The position numbers and the translations under genes are program-made. Source: Armatimonadia bacterium (GTDB taxonomy: Bacteria; Armatimonadota; Zipacnadia; Zipacnadales; UBA11051). Taken from it: DNA of 25,902 bases. Shown here in pieces: positions 1-8,240 of this stretch. Location of the stretch: NCBI GenBank assembly GCA_039683575.1, contig JBDKRC010000123.1, positions 1 to 25,902 of the forward strand. Reading direction: 5' to 3'. The notes beneath the pieces are model-generated. The model was not told the origin of the DNA. It was given only the letters and a program-made list of their open reading frames with translations, and made no database searches. Position 1 is the stretch's first letter. The number at the start of each line of letters is the position of its first letter.

Positions 1-362
1 CGGCCCATGCGCGGTAGGCCGGAACACGTCAAGACACGAAGGCACCCTCATTCGAGGGAGCCTTCTTGCGGTTCCCGGCGGCGCGGGCTTCCAGCCCGCC
101 TCGGGTCCGTCCTGTCTCCCCCCGCCCTTGCTCCACCGTCTCTCTTCCGTAGGCCCGAAGGGCCGCAAGGCCCTGGGCCGCTGTCTATCTTCCGTAGGCC
201 CGAAGGGCCGTCAGCCACTAGCCAGGGCCGCAAGGCCCTGGGCCGCGGCGCCCCTCCGCTAGAGCCCCGAAGGGGCGCCAGCCCCTCTCTATGCATGCCG
301 GCCCATGCGCCGTAGGCCGGAACACGTCAAGAAAAGAAGACCCCCTCATGGAGGGGGTCTTC
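1..362. repeat. Direct repeat of a ~65-bp unit (1-65 and 299-362), each copy ending in a hairpin
   Basis: 1-34 and 299-332 are identical except one base (CGGCCCATGCGC[G/C]GTAGGCCGGAACACGTCAAGA). Each is followed by a GAAG..CCCTC-loop-GAGGG..CTTC hairpin. The first copy may be cut by the window edge. Confidence 0.85.
143..280. repeat. Cluster of REP-like GC hairpins
   Basis: TCTTCCGTAGGCCCGAAGGGCCG occurs twice (143-165, 188-210), AGGGCCGCAAGGCCCTGGGCCGC occurs twice, and GCCCCGAAGGGGC once. A GTAG tetranucleotide sits at the foot of the GGCCC-GAA-GGGCC hairpins, as in REP elements. Confidence 0.6.
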
Positions 363-366
363 ATTT
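331..366 (-). terminator. Intrinsic terminator downstream of the DUF1559 gene (possibly bidirectional)
   Basis: 12-bp perfect stem GAAGACCCCCTC-atg-GAGGGGGTCTTC (336-362), followed on the minus strand by TTTTC, about 30 nt after the stop at 393. Confidence 0.7.
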
Positions 367-392
367 CGCACACTGAGCGAGGGCGAGGCCTT

Positions 393-1103
393 CTAGGGCA
401 GCAGCGAATTCCAGTAGCGGTTGGTCAGGTTGCTGGTATCAGCGAAAGCAACATCGTTCTTGCTGAGCCACTTGCTGTGCCCATCGCAGAAGGTCACGTT
501 CGTGCCGTCATTATGAGGGCACGTGAAGTTGCCGACGGCTTTGAAAGTGTTGTACTCGCCAACACCGGCATAGGTGCCATAGGTGCTGGCATAGTCCAGA
601 ACCATGATGATCTCGGCCGGTCGCGTGATCTCGCCGAGGCTCCGGGCCGGAGCTACCTCATAGTCGCTGACGCGCCGGTTGTAGCCATAGGAGGGCGACG
701 CGGCGCCGTCCCGCGGTACTATGGACGGACATACGAAGACCTGCCGGTTCTTGATGTACGGATACACCAGGTCCATCCAGCTAATCAGCTTGCCGGTGGT
801 GGTGCCGTTGTAGGCGGTGGTGAAGAAGTAGCCCGGTGCGCTGGTGTCCGGCTGAACCATGTTGATGCCATGCATCGGCAGGCGCTCGTCGTAGTCCTGA
901 GCGTACTGAATGAAGGCTGTGCCAATCTGTTTGAGGTTGTTCAGACAGGACGTCTGCCGGGCCTTCTCCCGGGCCTTGGCGAAGACCGGGAAGAGGATTG
1001 CGGCGAGGATCGCGATGATGGCAATTACCACCAAAAGCTCGATCAGCGTGAAACCCTTGCGACGGTTCTGGAGCCTCGTACCTTGCTTCCGCATCTTTTG
1101 CAT
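393..1103 (-). CDS. DUF1559 prepilin-type N-terminal cleavage/methylation domain protein with H-X9-DG motif
   Basis: Class III signal [28 protein letters not shown], then [30 protein letters not shown] and C-terminal [21 protein letters not shown] just upstream. Confidence 0.93.
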   Translation of the reverse strand: MQKMRKQGTRLQNRRKGFTLIELLVVIAIIAILAAILFPVFAKAREKARQTSCLNNLKQIGTAFIQYAQDYDERLPMHGINMVQPDTSAPGYFFTTAYNGTTTGKLISWMDLVYPYIKNRQVFVCPSIVPRDGAASPSYGYNRRVSDYEVAPARSLGEITRPAEIIMVLDYASTYGTYAGVGEYNTFKAVGNFTCPHNDGTNVTFCDGHSKWLSKNDVAFADTSNLTNRYWNSLLP

Positions 1104-1278
1104 AGTCTCCTAACGAAGTGATAGTTGCTATACTTCTCTACCACCGTGATAGTTCCTCCTCCGCTTATGCTTTTTTGACACACAGTTTCAGAATTGCTCG
1201 CCGGGCAGGGAAACAGCGGCCGGAGTAGCGGCGCTCTGAGGAATCCGGAATTGTTCAGCTAGACCGTCGGCTGAGTCT

Positions 1279-1566
1279 GAAAATGGCTCTGAAGGGCCTC
1301 TCTGTGGCTCTCAGGCCGATTCGAAGTGTGTCACGTTCTGAATGGAGGGTGCAAACGCCCGCAGAGGCCCCTCAGAGCCCCGTAGCGGGCACTTTCTCTT
1401 TCCGCATGGGGCACAAAATCCCCCGTGATTTGGCGGTTTGGATCAGTTAGCCTTCGCCGCATCAACGAAAATGGCTCTGAAGGGCCTTTGCGGGGCTCTC
1501 AGAGCCATTTCGATGTGTAACAGTTCTTCTAGCGCCCGTAGAGGCCACTCAGAGCCACACAGCGCC
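1279..1566. repeat. Two diverged copies of a ~100-bp palindromic element (1279-1390, 1467-1566)
   Basis: Both begin GAAAATGGCTCTGAAGGGCCT and contain the near reverse complement AGAGGCC(C/A)CTCAGAGCC in the right arm. Confidence 0.8.
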
Positions 1567-1620
1567 GATCCCGCAACCCGCCAAAACTGGCAATGGAACA
1601 CTGGTTGCGAGGCTGCGGTC

Positions 1621-2241
1621 CTATACCTCCTCCAACACCGCTCGAACCGGCGACCCCTCCGCACCCCTTATTGACAAGGGCAGGCAGATCAACCGGTACC
1701 TTCCTGGCCGCACTTCCTCGAGGTTGATTCCTTCGAGCGCCAGCAGGCCATTGCCCAGGATTGTATGATGCGCTGGAGATTCGGGATCACCATAGGCATC
1801 GAGGCTGATGTAGTCGAGACCCACCAGCCTGAGCTTTCTATCCACACACCACATGGCGGCGCCCTGCGTCAGGTATACGTACTCTTCGGTGAACACTCCG
1901 TTTGTCACGCGGCCGCTGTGAGAGTTGCCGGTGCGGAAGAGTATGGCCTCCCCCGGCTCAGTCTCGAGGCCCTCCAGGTCGTCGGCCTGCACTGCCACCG
2001 GGTCGAGTATCTCGACGACCCGCGCCGGCATGATGAAATGGTCCACCGGGAAGTCGTCGAGGCGCTGGCCATCCTCGGGGAAGAAGTGCGCGGGGGCGTC
2101 GAGATGGGTGCCGGAATGGGCTCCCATCGTGAGGCGCATCGCCTCTCCCCCATCGGTCACGGCTTCACGGGAGAAGGCGGGGTCACCAGGGTAAACGATA
2201 TTCTGCTGCCCAAGCTTCACTGAGATGTCATACAAGGCCAT
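1621..2241 (-). CDS. Cyclase-family metal-dependent hydrolase (kynurenine formamidase/KynB-like)
   Basis: HSGTHLDAPAH matches HxGTHxDxPxH; also VGLDYISLD, H...LGNG...LEGINL and GAEGSPVRAV. RBS GAGGAG. Confidence 0.9.
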   Translation of the reverse strand: MALYDISVKLGQQNIVYPGDPAFSREAVTDGGEAMRLTMGAHSGTHLDAPAHFFPEDGQRLDDFPVDHFIMPARVVEILDPVAVQADDLEGLETEPGEAILFRTGNSHSGRVTNGVFTEEYVYLTQGAAMWCVDRKLRLVGLDYISLDAYGDPESPAHHTILGNGLLALEGINLEEVRPGRYRLICLPLSIRGAEGSPVRAVLEEV

Positions 2242-2336
2242 CTATAGCGGCTCCTCAGGGTCCAATCGACCATCCGGGTCTCGGGACATTGGTCGTCAGT
2301 GTGGTACCATACAGGGTATTGCCCAGCCGTACCTGG

Positions 2337-2406
2337 TAGACCTTCCGACCACGATTGGGATATAATCAGGATCGTCTGGACGTTTGGAAAAAGATAAGCA
2401 TATCTT
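2337..2406 (+). promoter_or_regulatory. Putative sigma70 promoter of the arn operon with downstream palindrome
   Basis: TAGACC (2337-2342), 18 nt spacer, TATAAT (2361-2366). Palindrome AAGATA-agca-TATCTT at 2391-2406. Confidence 0.45.
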
Positions 2407-2447
2407 GCACCACCGGGCCCACAGATTTGTCAAAGCGATAGAGTGTG

Positions 2448-4163
2448 ATGCAATTGCAGCGACAGCCACAACTTAAGCCACATTTCATCGCTTGCGCAGC
2501 CGTTATCCTACTGGCATTCACGGGCCTCAACTACCAGCTGGCGGACCCCGATGAGGGCCGCTACTCCGAGATCCCGCGCGAGATGATCGAGCGGGGCGAT
2601 TGGATTACCCCTACTCTCAACTATGCACCGTACTTCGAGAAGCCTCCTTTGGCTTACTGGCTCACCGCAGCCAGCCTGACGGTGTTTGGGGAGCACGAGT
2701 GGGCGGTTCGCCTTATCCCGGCCCTGTTCGCGCTTCTGGGGCTGCTGGTCGTGTACCGGCTGTCGAGACAGACCGTCGGCTCGGGCGCGGCCCGTTGGGC
2801 GCCTGTGCTGCTATTCACCTCCCCGTTGTACTTCGTCATGGCGCGTCTTCCGCTCACGGACACCGTGTTTGCGGTCTGTCTGGCTGCGACTATGGCAGCG
2901 TGGTGGGAATGGGAGCGCTCTGAGGGGCGGTCACGGTGGCTGGGGCTGGTGACCGGAGTACTGCTGGGGCTGGCAATCCTGTCCAAGGGCCCTGTGGCGG
3001 TGGTTCTGTTTGTCGGGTCGGTTGGCGTATATATGTTGGCCGCGCGGCGACTCACGTGGCAGCGGGTCGGTGGCGGGGTGTACGCGGTGCTGATCGGGTG
3101 TGCCGTGGCCACGCCGTGGTTCCTGGCGGTGCAGGCCTACAACCCCGGGTTCGCCAACTACTTCTTCATTGTCCAGAACTTCAACCGTTTTTCAGGCCAA
3201 AACTTCAGCGAACACGCCAAACCAGTGTGGTACTTCCTGCCCATGGCGGTGCTTGGGATGGGTGTCTGGGCTGCGCTGTGGCCGGGGGTGATCTGGCGCG
3301 TTCCAGGGGCCTGGCGGCGCAGTGTGCCGGAGCAGCGGCAAGGTTGGCTGTACCTGGCCGCCTGGGCGGCGTTCCCGCTTTTCTTCTTCAGCCTGAGCTC
3401 CTGCAAGCTGGTCACTTACATACTGCCGATTGAGTGGTCTCTGGCCGCCCTGAGCGCCTATGGCATTGACAGGCTGCTGGGCAAGACTGAAGTGACGCGC
3501 GCCGTGCGCTGGGGGGCAGTCGCCGTGGCGGTCGTATTGCTCGGAGTGCTGGCCTACGGCATTCCCAAGTTGGCGAGCAGGGACCCTCATCTGAGCTCGA
3601 CGCCGGTCACTACAACCACCTTCGCCATCGTCATAGGCACCTGGTTAGCGGCGGCAATCGGTCTGAGCATGGCGCCACGCCTGCGCCTGCCGCAGTGGCG
3701 GTGGGCAACGTTCTCGGTAGCCGCGACGCTGGTGTGGGCGGGGCTGATTCCCGTCTTTGGCGACCTGTCCGGGGGCATGCACCTCGCCGGCATACTGCCG
3801 AAGACCCTTCATGCGGATGGCCCGGGGCGCGCCTGCACGCTCGCGCAATACCGCGAGTACGATCAGTCGCTGACTTTCTACACCCATATGCGGGTCGTGC
3901 TGATTGACAAGGTTGACGAGATCAAGCTGGGGCTGCAAGAACCGGACGCGGCGGTCTGGTTCCGCAACGGTGAGGCCAGTATCGATGACCTCTCCGGCCG
4001 CGGGCCGCTGGCGCTGGTGGTGAAGGCGCGGAATGCTGAGGAACTGGCAGCAGCCCATCACTTGATGCTGTATCGTAAGAACTCCGATCGCGCTCTGTTG
4101 CTCAACTCGGCGGCGATGAAGCTCTTGGCCGTTTCTCCCGAAGAGGTGTACCATGCGCAATGA
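2448..4163 (+). CDS. arnT: 4-amino-4-deoxy-L-arabinose transferase (ArnT-like GT-C membrane glycosyltransferase)
   Basis: DPDEGRYSEIPREM, YFEKPPLAYW, LAILSKGPV, HAKPVWYF and SSCKLVTYILP motifs; many TM helices; first gene of the arn cluster. Start is ATG 2448 or GTG 2445. Confidence 0.85.
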   Translation: MQLQRQPQLKPHFIACAAVILLAFTGLNYQLADPDEGRYSEIPREMIERGDWITPTLNYAPYFEKPPLAYWLTAASLTVFGEHEWAVRLIPALFALLGLLVVYRLSRQTVGSGAARWAPVLLFTSPLYFVMARLPLTDTVFAVCLAATMAAWWEWERSEGRSRWLGLVTGVLLGLAILSKGPVAVVLFVGSVGVYMLAARRLTWQRVGGGVYAVLIGCAVATPWFLAVQAYNPGFANYFFIVQNFNRFSGQNFSEHAKPVWYFLPMAVLGMGVWAALWPGVIWRVPGAWRRSVPEQRQGWLYLAAWAAFPLFFFSLSSCKLVTYILPIEWSLAALSAYGIDRLLGKTEVTRAVRWGAVAVAVVLLGVLAYGIPKLASRDPHLSSTPVTTTTFAIVIGTWLAAAIGLSMAPRLRLPQWRWATFSVAATLVWAGLIPVFGDLSGGMHLAGILPKTLHADGPGRACTLAQYREYDQSLTFYTHMRVVLIDKVDEIKLGLQEPDAAVWFRNGEASIDDLSGRGPLALVVKARNAEELAAAHHLMLYRKNSDRALLLNSAAMKLLAVSPEEVYHAQ

Positions 4164-5313
4164 GTTTCTGCCGCTTAGCAAGCCCACTATTGGCCCGGAG
4201 GAGATCGCGGAGGTCGTGGACTCGCTGGAGTCGGGCTGGATTACCACTGGCCCGAAGGTGCAGCGTTTCGAAGAGCTTCTGGCGGACGTTGCCGGCGCCA
4301 AGCATGCGGTAGCCATGAACTCCGGCACAGCGGCCCTGCATGTCTCACTGCTGGGCCTGGACATCGGCCCCGGTGATGAGGTCATCACGACGCCGATTAC
4401 GTTCGCGGCGACTGTAAACATGATTCTGGCGGTCGGCGCGCGTCCCGTTCTGGTTGATGTTGACAGGACCTCGCTCAACATCATCCCTGAGCTAGTGGCC
4501 GCAGCCGTCACCCCGGCGACGCGGGCGATCATGCCGGTACATTTCGCCGGGTTGCCGTGTGACCTTGAGGCGCTGGGAGAGATCGCGAAGCAGCACGGCC
4601 TCGACATCATCGAAGACGCGGCCCATGCAATCGGAACTCTCTACCGAGGAAAGCCGATTGGAGCACTGTCGAAGGCCACCGAGTTCAGCTTCCACCCCAT
4701 CAAGAACATCACGACCGGTGAGGGCGGGGCGCTGTGCACTGATGACGACGCCCTCGCCGACCGGGCGCGGGTGCTGCGGTTCCACGGGATCGACCGGGAT
4801 GCCTGGAAGCGGTATGACGTCAAGGGCGTGCCGCATTACGACGTTACGGCACTGGGGTACAAGTACAACATGCTGGACCTGCAGGCGGCGCTGGGGATTC
4901 ACCAGATTGCGCGGCTGCCGGGGCTGGTAGCACGGCGGCGGGAGATTGCCGCCCTGTACCGAGAGCAACTGGCTGAGGTGCCCGGTCTGGCTCTGCCGCC
5001 GGACTCAACCGGAGAAGACCTGCACCCATGGCACCTCTTTGTGGTGAAGGTGGTTCCCGAAGTCATCGGCATGGACCGGGATACCTTCATGGCGACACTC
5101 AAGACCTACAATATCGGTAGTGCCCTGCACTTCCAGGCGATTCACCTGCACTCATACTTCGCAGCGACTTTGGGGTATGAACGCGGCAGCCTGCCGGAGG
5201 CTGAATGGGCCTCCGACCGGATTCTGTCCCTGCCACTGTTCCCAGGCATGAGCGACGAGGATGCCATGGATGTGGTAGAGGCCATCAAGAGCATTGCTGG
5301 GGGGCGAGCATGA
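4153..5313 (+). CDS. arnB: UDP-4-amino-4-deoxy-L-arabinose--oxoglutarate aminotransferase (DegT/DnrJ/EryC1/StrS family)
   Basis: SGWITTGPKV, IEDAAHAIG, FSFHPIKNITTGEGG (PLP lysine), GYKYNMLDLQAALG. Overlaps the arnT stop. Confidence 0.9.
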   Translation: MRNEFLPLSKPTIGPEEIAEVVDSLESGWITTGPKVQRFEELLADVAGAKHAVAMNSGTAALHVSLLGLDIGPGDEVITTPITFAATVNMILAVGARPVLVDVDRTSLNIIPELVAAAVTPATRAIMPVHFAGLPCDLEALGEIAKQHGLDIIEDAAHAIGTLYRGKPIGALSKATEFSFHPIKNITTGEGGALCTDDDALADRARVLRFHGIDRDAWKRYDVKGVPHYDVTALGYKYNMLDLQAALGIHQIARLPGLVARRREIAALYREQLAEVPGLALPPDSTGEDLHPWHLFVVKVVPEVIGMDRDTFMATLKTYNIGSALHFQAIHLHSYFAATLGYERGSLPEAEWASDRILSLPLFPGMSDEDAMDVVEAIKSIAGGRA

Positions 5314-6263
5314 GCGACGCTGTGCCCGTCCACGTGTCGATAGTCATACCGGTATATAACGAGGAGGCCAACCTGGAGGAACTGCTGCGGCGCCTGGTGG
5401 GTGCAGCGCAGGCTCTGGGGAAGCCGACAGAACTCATCTTTGTGGATGATGGCAGCAGCGATGGCACCCTGGCGGCGCTGAAGGCCTTCTCCAGTCCCGT
5501 AGTGGACGTCCGGGTCGTGGAACTCGCGCGGAACTTCGGCCAGCACGCGGCGGTCATGGCGGGCTTCACGCAGTGCCGGGGCGACATCGTTGTGACGATT
5601 GATGCCGATCTGCAGAATCCTCCGGAGGAGATCCCGCGGTTGGTGGCGGAGATGGAGCGCGGGTATGACGTCGTTGGCTCGGTTCGCAAGGACCGGCAGG
5701 ACCCGTTCGTGCGCAAGATATCATCGAGGATCGTGAACCGGCTGGTGGCGAAGGCCACAGGGCACGATCTGCACGACTACGGCTGCATGCTGCGAGCGTA
5801 CAACCACGACACCGTGCGGGCCATGCTTGACTGCCCGGAGCGGCGGACCTTCATCCCGGCTCTGGCGATGACAGTGGCCCGGACGGCCAGCGAGATCGAG
5901 GTCGGGCACGCCGACCGCTTTGAAGGCAAGTCCAAGTACAACATCTTCTCGCTGCTGCGGCTGAATCTCGACCTGATGATGGGTTTCACGCCCATTCCGC
6001 TGCGCCTGGTCAGTGTCACCGGCATGCTCATAGCAGCGGTGGGGTTGCTCTTCTCGCTGTTTCTCGTGATTCGGCGGTTCGTGGTCGGTCCTGAGGTTGA
6101 GGGCGTCTTCACGCTGTTCGCGGGGCTGTACTTCTTTGTCGGCGTCCAGATCATGGCTGTCGGTCTTATAGGAGAGTATATGGCACGGACGTATGACGAG
6201 GTGCGGGGGCGGCCGAGGTTCATCATCCGGCATGTACACGCCCGGGACGGTGAGGCGGCATGA
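5310..6263 (+). CDS. arnC: Undecaprenyl-phosphate 4-deoxy-4-formamido-L-arabinose transferase (GT2)
   Basis: VSIVIPVYNEE, FVDDGSSD, RNFGQHAA, IDADLQNPPEEIP, DYGCMLRAY and two C-terminal TMs. Start moved to ATG 5310, which forms an ATGA overlap with the arnB stop. Confidence 0.9.
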   Translation: MSDAVPVHVSIVIPVYNEEANLEELLRRLVGAAQALGKPTELIFVDDGSSDGTLAALKAFSSPVVDVRVVELARNFGQHAAVMAGFTQCRGDIVVTIDADLQNPPEEIPRLVAEMERGYDVVGSVRKDRQDPFVRKISSRIVNRLVAKATGHDLHDYGCMLRAYNHDTVRAMLDCPERRTFIPALAMTVARTASEIEVGHADRFEGKSKYNIFSLLRLNLDLMMGFTPIPLRLVSVTGMLIAAVGLLFSLFLVIRRFVVGPEVEGVFTLFAGLYFFVGVQIMAVGLIGEYMARTYDEVRGRPRFIIRHVHARDGEAA

Positions 6264-7210
6264 AGGCCGTAGTCTTTGCCTATCACAACATCGGGTGTGT
6301 CGGGCTGCAGGCGCTGCTGGACGCGGGCGTTGAGGTTGTGGCAGTGGTTACCCACGAGGACGATCCGGATGAGAACGTATGGTTCGATTCGGTCGGAAAG
6401 CTTGCGCATGCGCACCAGCTACCCGTCCTCACCCCGGACAACCCGAATACCGAGGACTTTGTCCAGCATCTTCGTGCGCTGGAGCCTGATTTTCTCTTCA
6501 GCTTCTACTACCGCTACATGCTCAAGCGCCCGCTATTGGAGTTGCCCTCTCTCGCAGCGCTGAACCTGCATGGCTCGTACCTGCCGGCCTACCGTGGGCG
6601 GTGCCCGGTGAACTGGGTGCTGGTGAACGGTGAGACGGAGACAGGTGTGACCCTGCATCACATGGTGGAGAAGCCGGATGCCGGGGACATCGTAGGCCAG
6701 CGGAAGGTGCCAATCGCGGACACCGACACGGCACTGACGCTCTATGGGAAGATGACCGAGGCGGCGGGCGTGCTGATGGCTGAGACGCTGCCGCTGCTCC
6801 TGGCGGGGAAGGCCCCGCGCATCCCCCAGGACCAGTCGCAGGCGAGTTACTATGGCGGCCGCAGGCCCGCAGACGGGCGGTTCGACTGGTCTGGCAGCGC
6901 GCGCGACATATACAACCTGGTGCGCGCGGTCACTCACCCGTATCCCGGGGCGTATGCCGACTTCCGTGGGGGACAGCTGCTGGTGTGGTGGGCTCTCCCC
7001 CACCTCGAGGCCTGCAATGAGGCGCCGGGCACTGTAACGGACCTGGGGGGCGATCACATCACCGTCGCTACGGGCCAGGGGCAACTGCGCCTGTTGTCGG
7101 TGCAGGTGGATGACGGGCCGATTCTGGATGGACGAAGTTTCGCCAACCGCTTTGGGTTGGTCGCAGGGAATAACCTTATGGCACCCGATGCAACTGCACC
7201 GCGGAGCTGA
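6260..7210 (+). CDS. arnA: UDP-L-Ara4N formyltransferase (stand-alone ArnA N-terminal domain)
   Basis: MKAVVFAYHNIG, FSFYYR, NLHGSYLPAYRGRCPVNWVLVNGETETGVTLH, YNLVRAVTHPYPGA, all characteristic of the ArnA formyltransferase domain. ATGA overlap with arnC. Confidence 0.88.
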   Translation: MKAVVFAYHNIGCVGLQALLDAGVEVVAVVTHEDDPDENVWFDSVGKLAHAHQLPVLTPDNPNTEDFVQHLRALEPDFLFSFYYRYMLKRPLLELPSLAALNLHGSYLPAYRGRCPVNWVLVNGETETGVTLHHMVEKPDAGDIVGQRKVPIADTDTALTLYGKMTEAAGVLMAETLPLLLAGKAPRIPQDQSQASYYGGRRPADGRFDWSGSARDIYNLVRAVTHPYPGAYADFRGGQLLVWWALPHLEACNEAPGTVTDLGGDHITVATGQGQLRLLSVQVDDGPILDGRSFANRFGLVAGNNLMAPDATAPRS

Positions 7211-7227
7211 AGAAAGCGAGTATCAAT

Positions 7228-8238
7228 ATGAACGTTCTTGTTACCGGCGGTGCTGGGTTCCTTGGCTCCCATCTCTGCAGTGCCTTCATCGCGCGCGGCG
7301 ATCAGGTGACTTGCCTTGACATGTCAGCGACAGCGAAGGTAAGCCACCTGCTGGATAACCCCAGTTTCCGCTACGTCCATGATTCGGTGCTGAATGCGCA
7401 GATGGTGGACGCCCTGGTGGCCCGCGCGGACCTGGTGTACCACATGGCGGCCGTGGTTGGCGTGGAACACTATGTAGCGGACCCCTATAACGTGCTCAAC
7501 GTTAACATCAACGGGACCCAGGAGGTTCTTCGGGCCGCCTACCGCCACAACAAGAAGGTTGTCTTCACGTCCACCTCGGAGGTCTACGGGCGGAACCCGA
7601 AGGTGCCGTGGTCGGAGCATGATGACCGCGTGCTGGGCTCCACCTCAATTGACCGATGGTGCTATTCCACCTCGAAGGCCACTGGCGAGCACTTCTGCCA
7701 CGCCTTTGGGCACATGGGCCTGGACTTTGTCATCGTCCGCTACTTCAACATCTATGGCCCCCGTCTGGACGCGCTCGATCGTGGCCGCGTGATCACGATC
7801 TTCCTGGGTCAGATCCTGTCCGGCAAGCCAGTCACCGTCGTCGGCGACGGCACCCAGACCCGCTGCTTCACCTACGTCACTGACGCGATGGCCGCGACCG
7901 TTGAGGCCGGCATCAACCCGGCGGCCTCCGGGGGAACCTTCAACATCGGTACCGACCGCGAGACCAGCATACTTGAGCTCGCCCAGACGCTCGTCAAGAT
8001 CTCGGGCACCAATACTCCCATCGAGATGGTGTCGCAGGAGAAGATCTACGGTGATAGCTACGAGGACATCCAGCGGCGCGTGCCCGATGTAACCGCCATG
8101 CGCACGATACTGGGCGTCACCGCCGAGACGTCGCTCGAGGACGGCATGCGCGCGACGTATGAGTGGTTTGAACAGGCCCGCAACTGTCCGGCCGGCAACG
8201 AGCCCGTCGCCATGAAGATGGCGCGCCGAGGCCGCTGA
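7228..8238 (+). CDS. Extended SDR NAD-dependent nucleotide-sugar enzyme, probable UDP-glucuronate oxidase/decarboxylase (ArnA C-terminal role)
   Basis: TGGAGFLG Rossmann motif, STSEVYG, RWCYSTSK (YxxxK), QTRCFTYV, YEDIQRRVP. Lies between the formyltransferase and arnD. Confidence 0.75.
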   Translation: MNVLVTGGAGFLGSHLCSAFIARGDQVTCLDMSATAKVSHLLDNPSFRYVHDSVLNAQMVDALVARADLVYHMAAVVGVEHYVADPYNVLNVNINGTQEVLRAAYRHNKKVVFTSTSEVYGRNPKVPWSEHDDRVLGSTSIDRWCYSTSKATGEHFCHAFGHMGLDFVIVRYFNIYGPRLDALDRGRVITIFLGQILSGKPVTVVGDGTQTRCFTYVTDAMAATVEAGINPAASGGTFNIGTDRETSILELAQTLVKISGTNTPIEMVSQEKIYGDSYEDIQRRVPDVTAMRTILGVTAETSLEDGMRATYEWFEQARNCPAGNEPVAMKMARRGR

Positions 8239-8240
8239 CC

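Noticed and set aside
1-362. Possible CRISPR array (34-nt repeat)
   Set aside because: Only two copies, 298 bp apart, far longer than a spacer, and no cas genes in the window.
291-1121. 276-aa plus-strand ORF
   Set aside because: Antisense shadow of the DUF1559 gene, with no recognisable motifs.
1438-1674. Short ORFs on both strands over the palindromic repeats
   Set aside because: No convincing RBS or protein motif, and the repeat structure explains the sequence.
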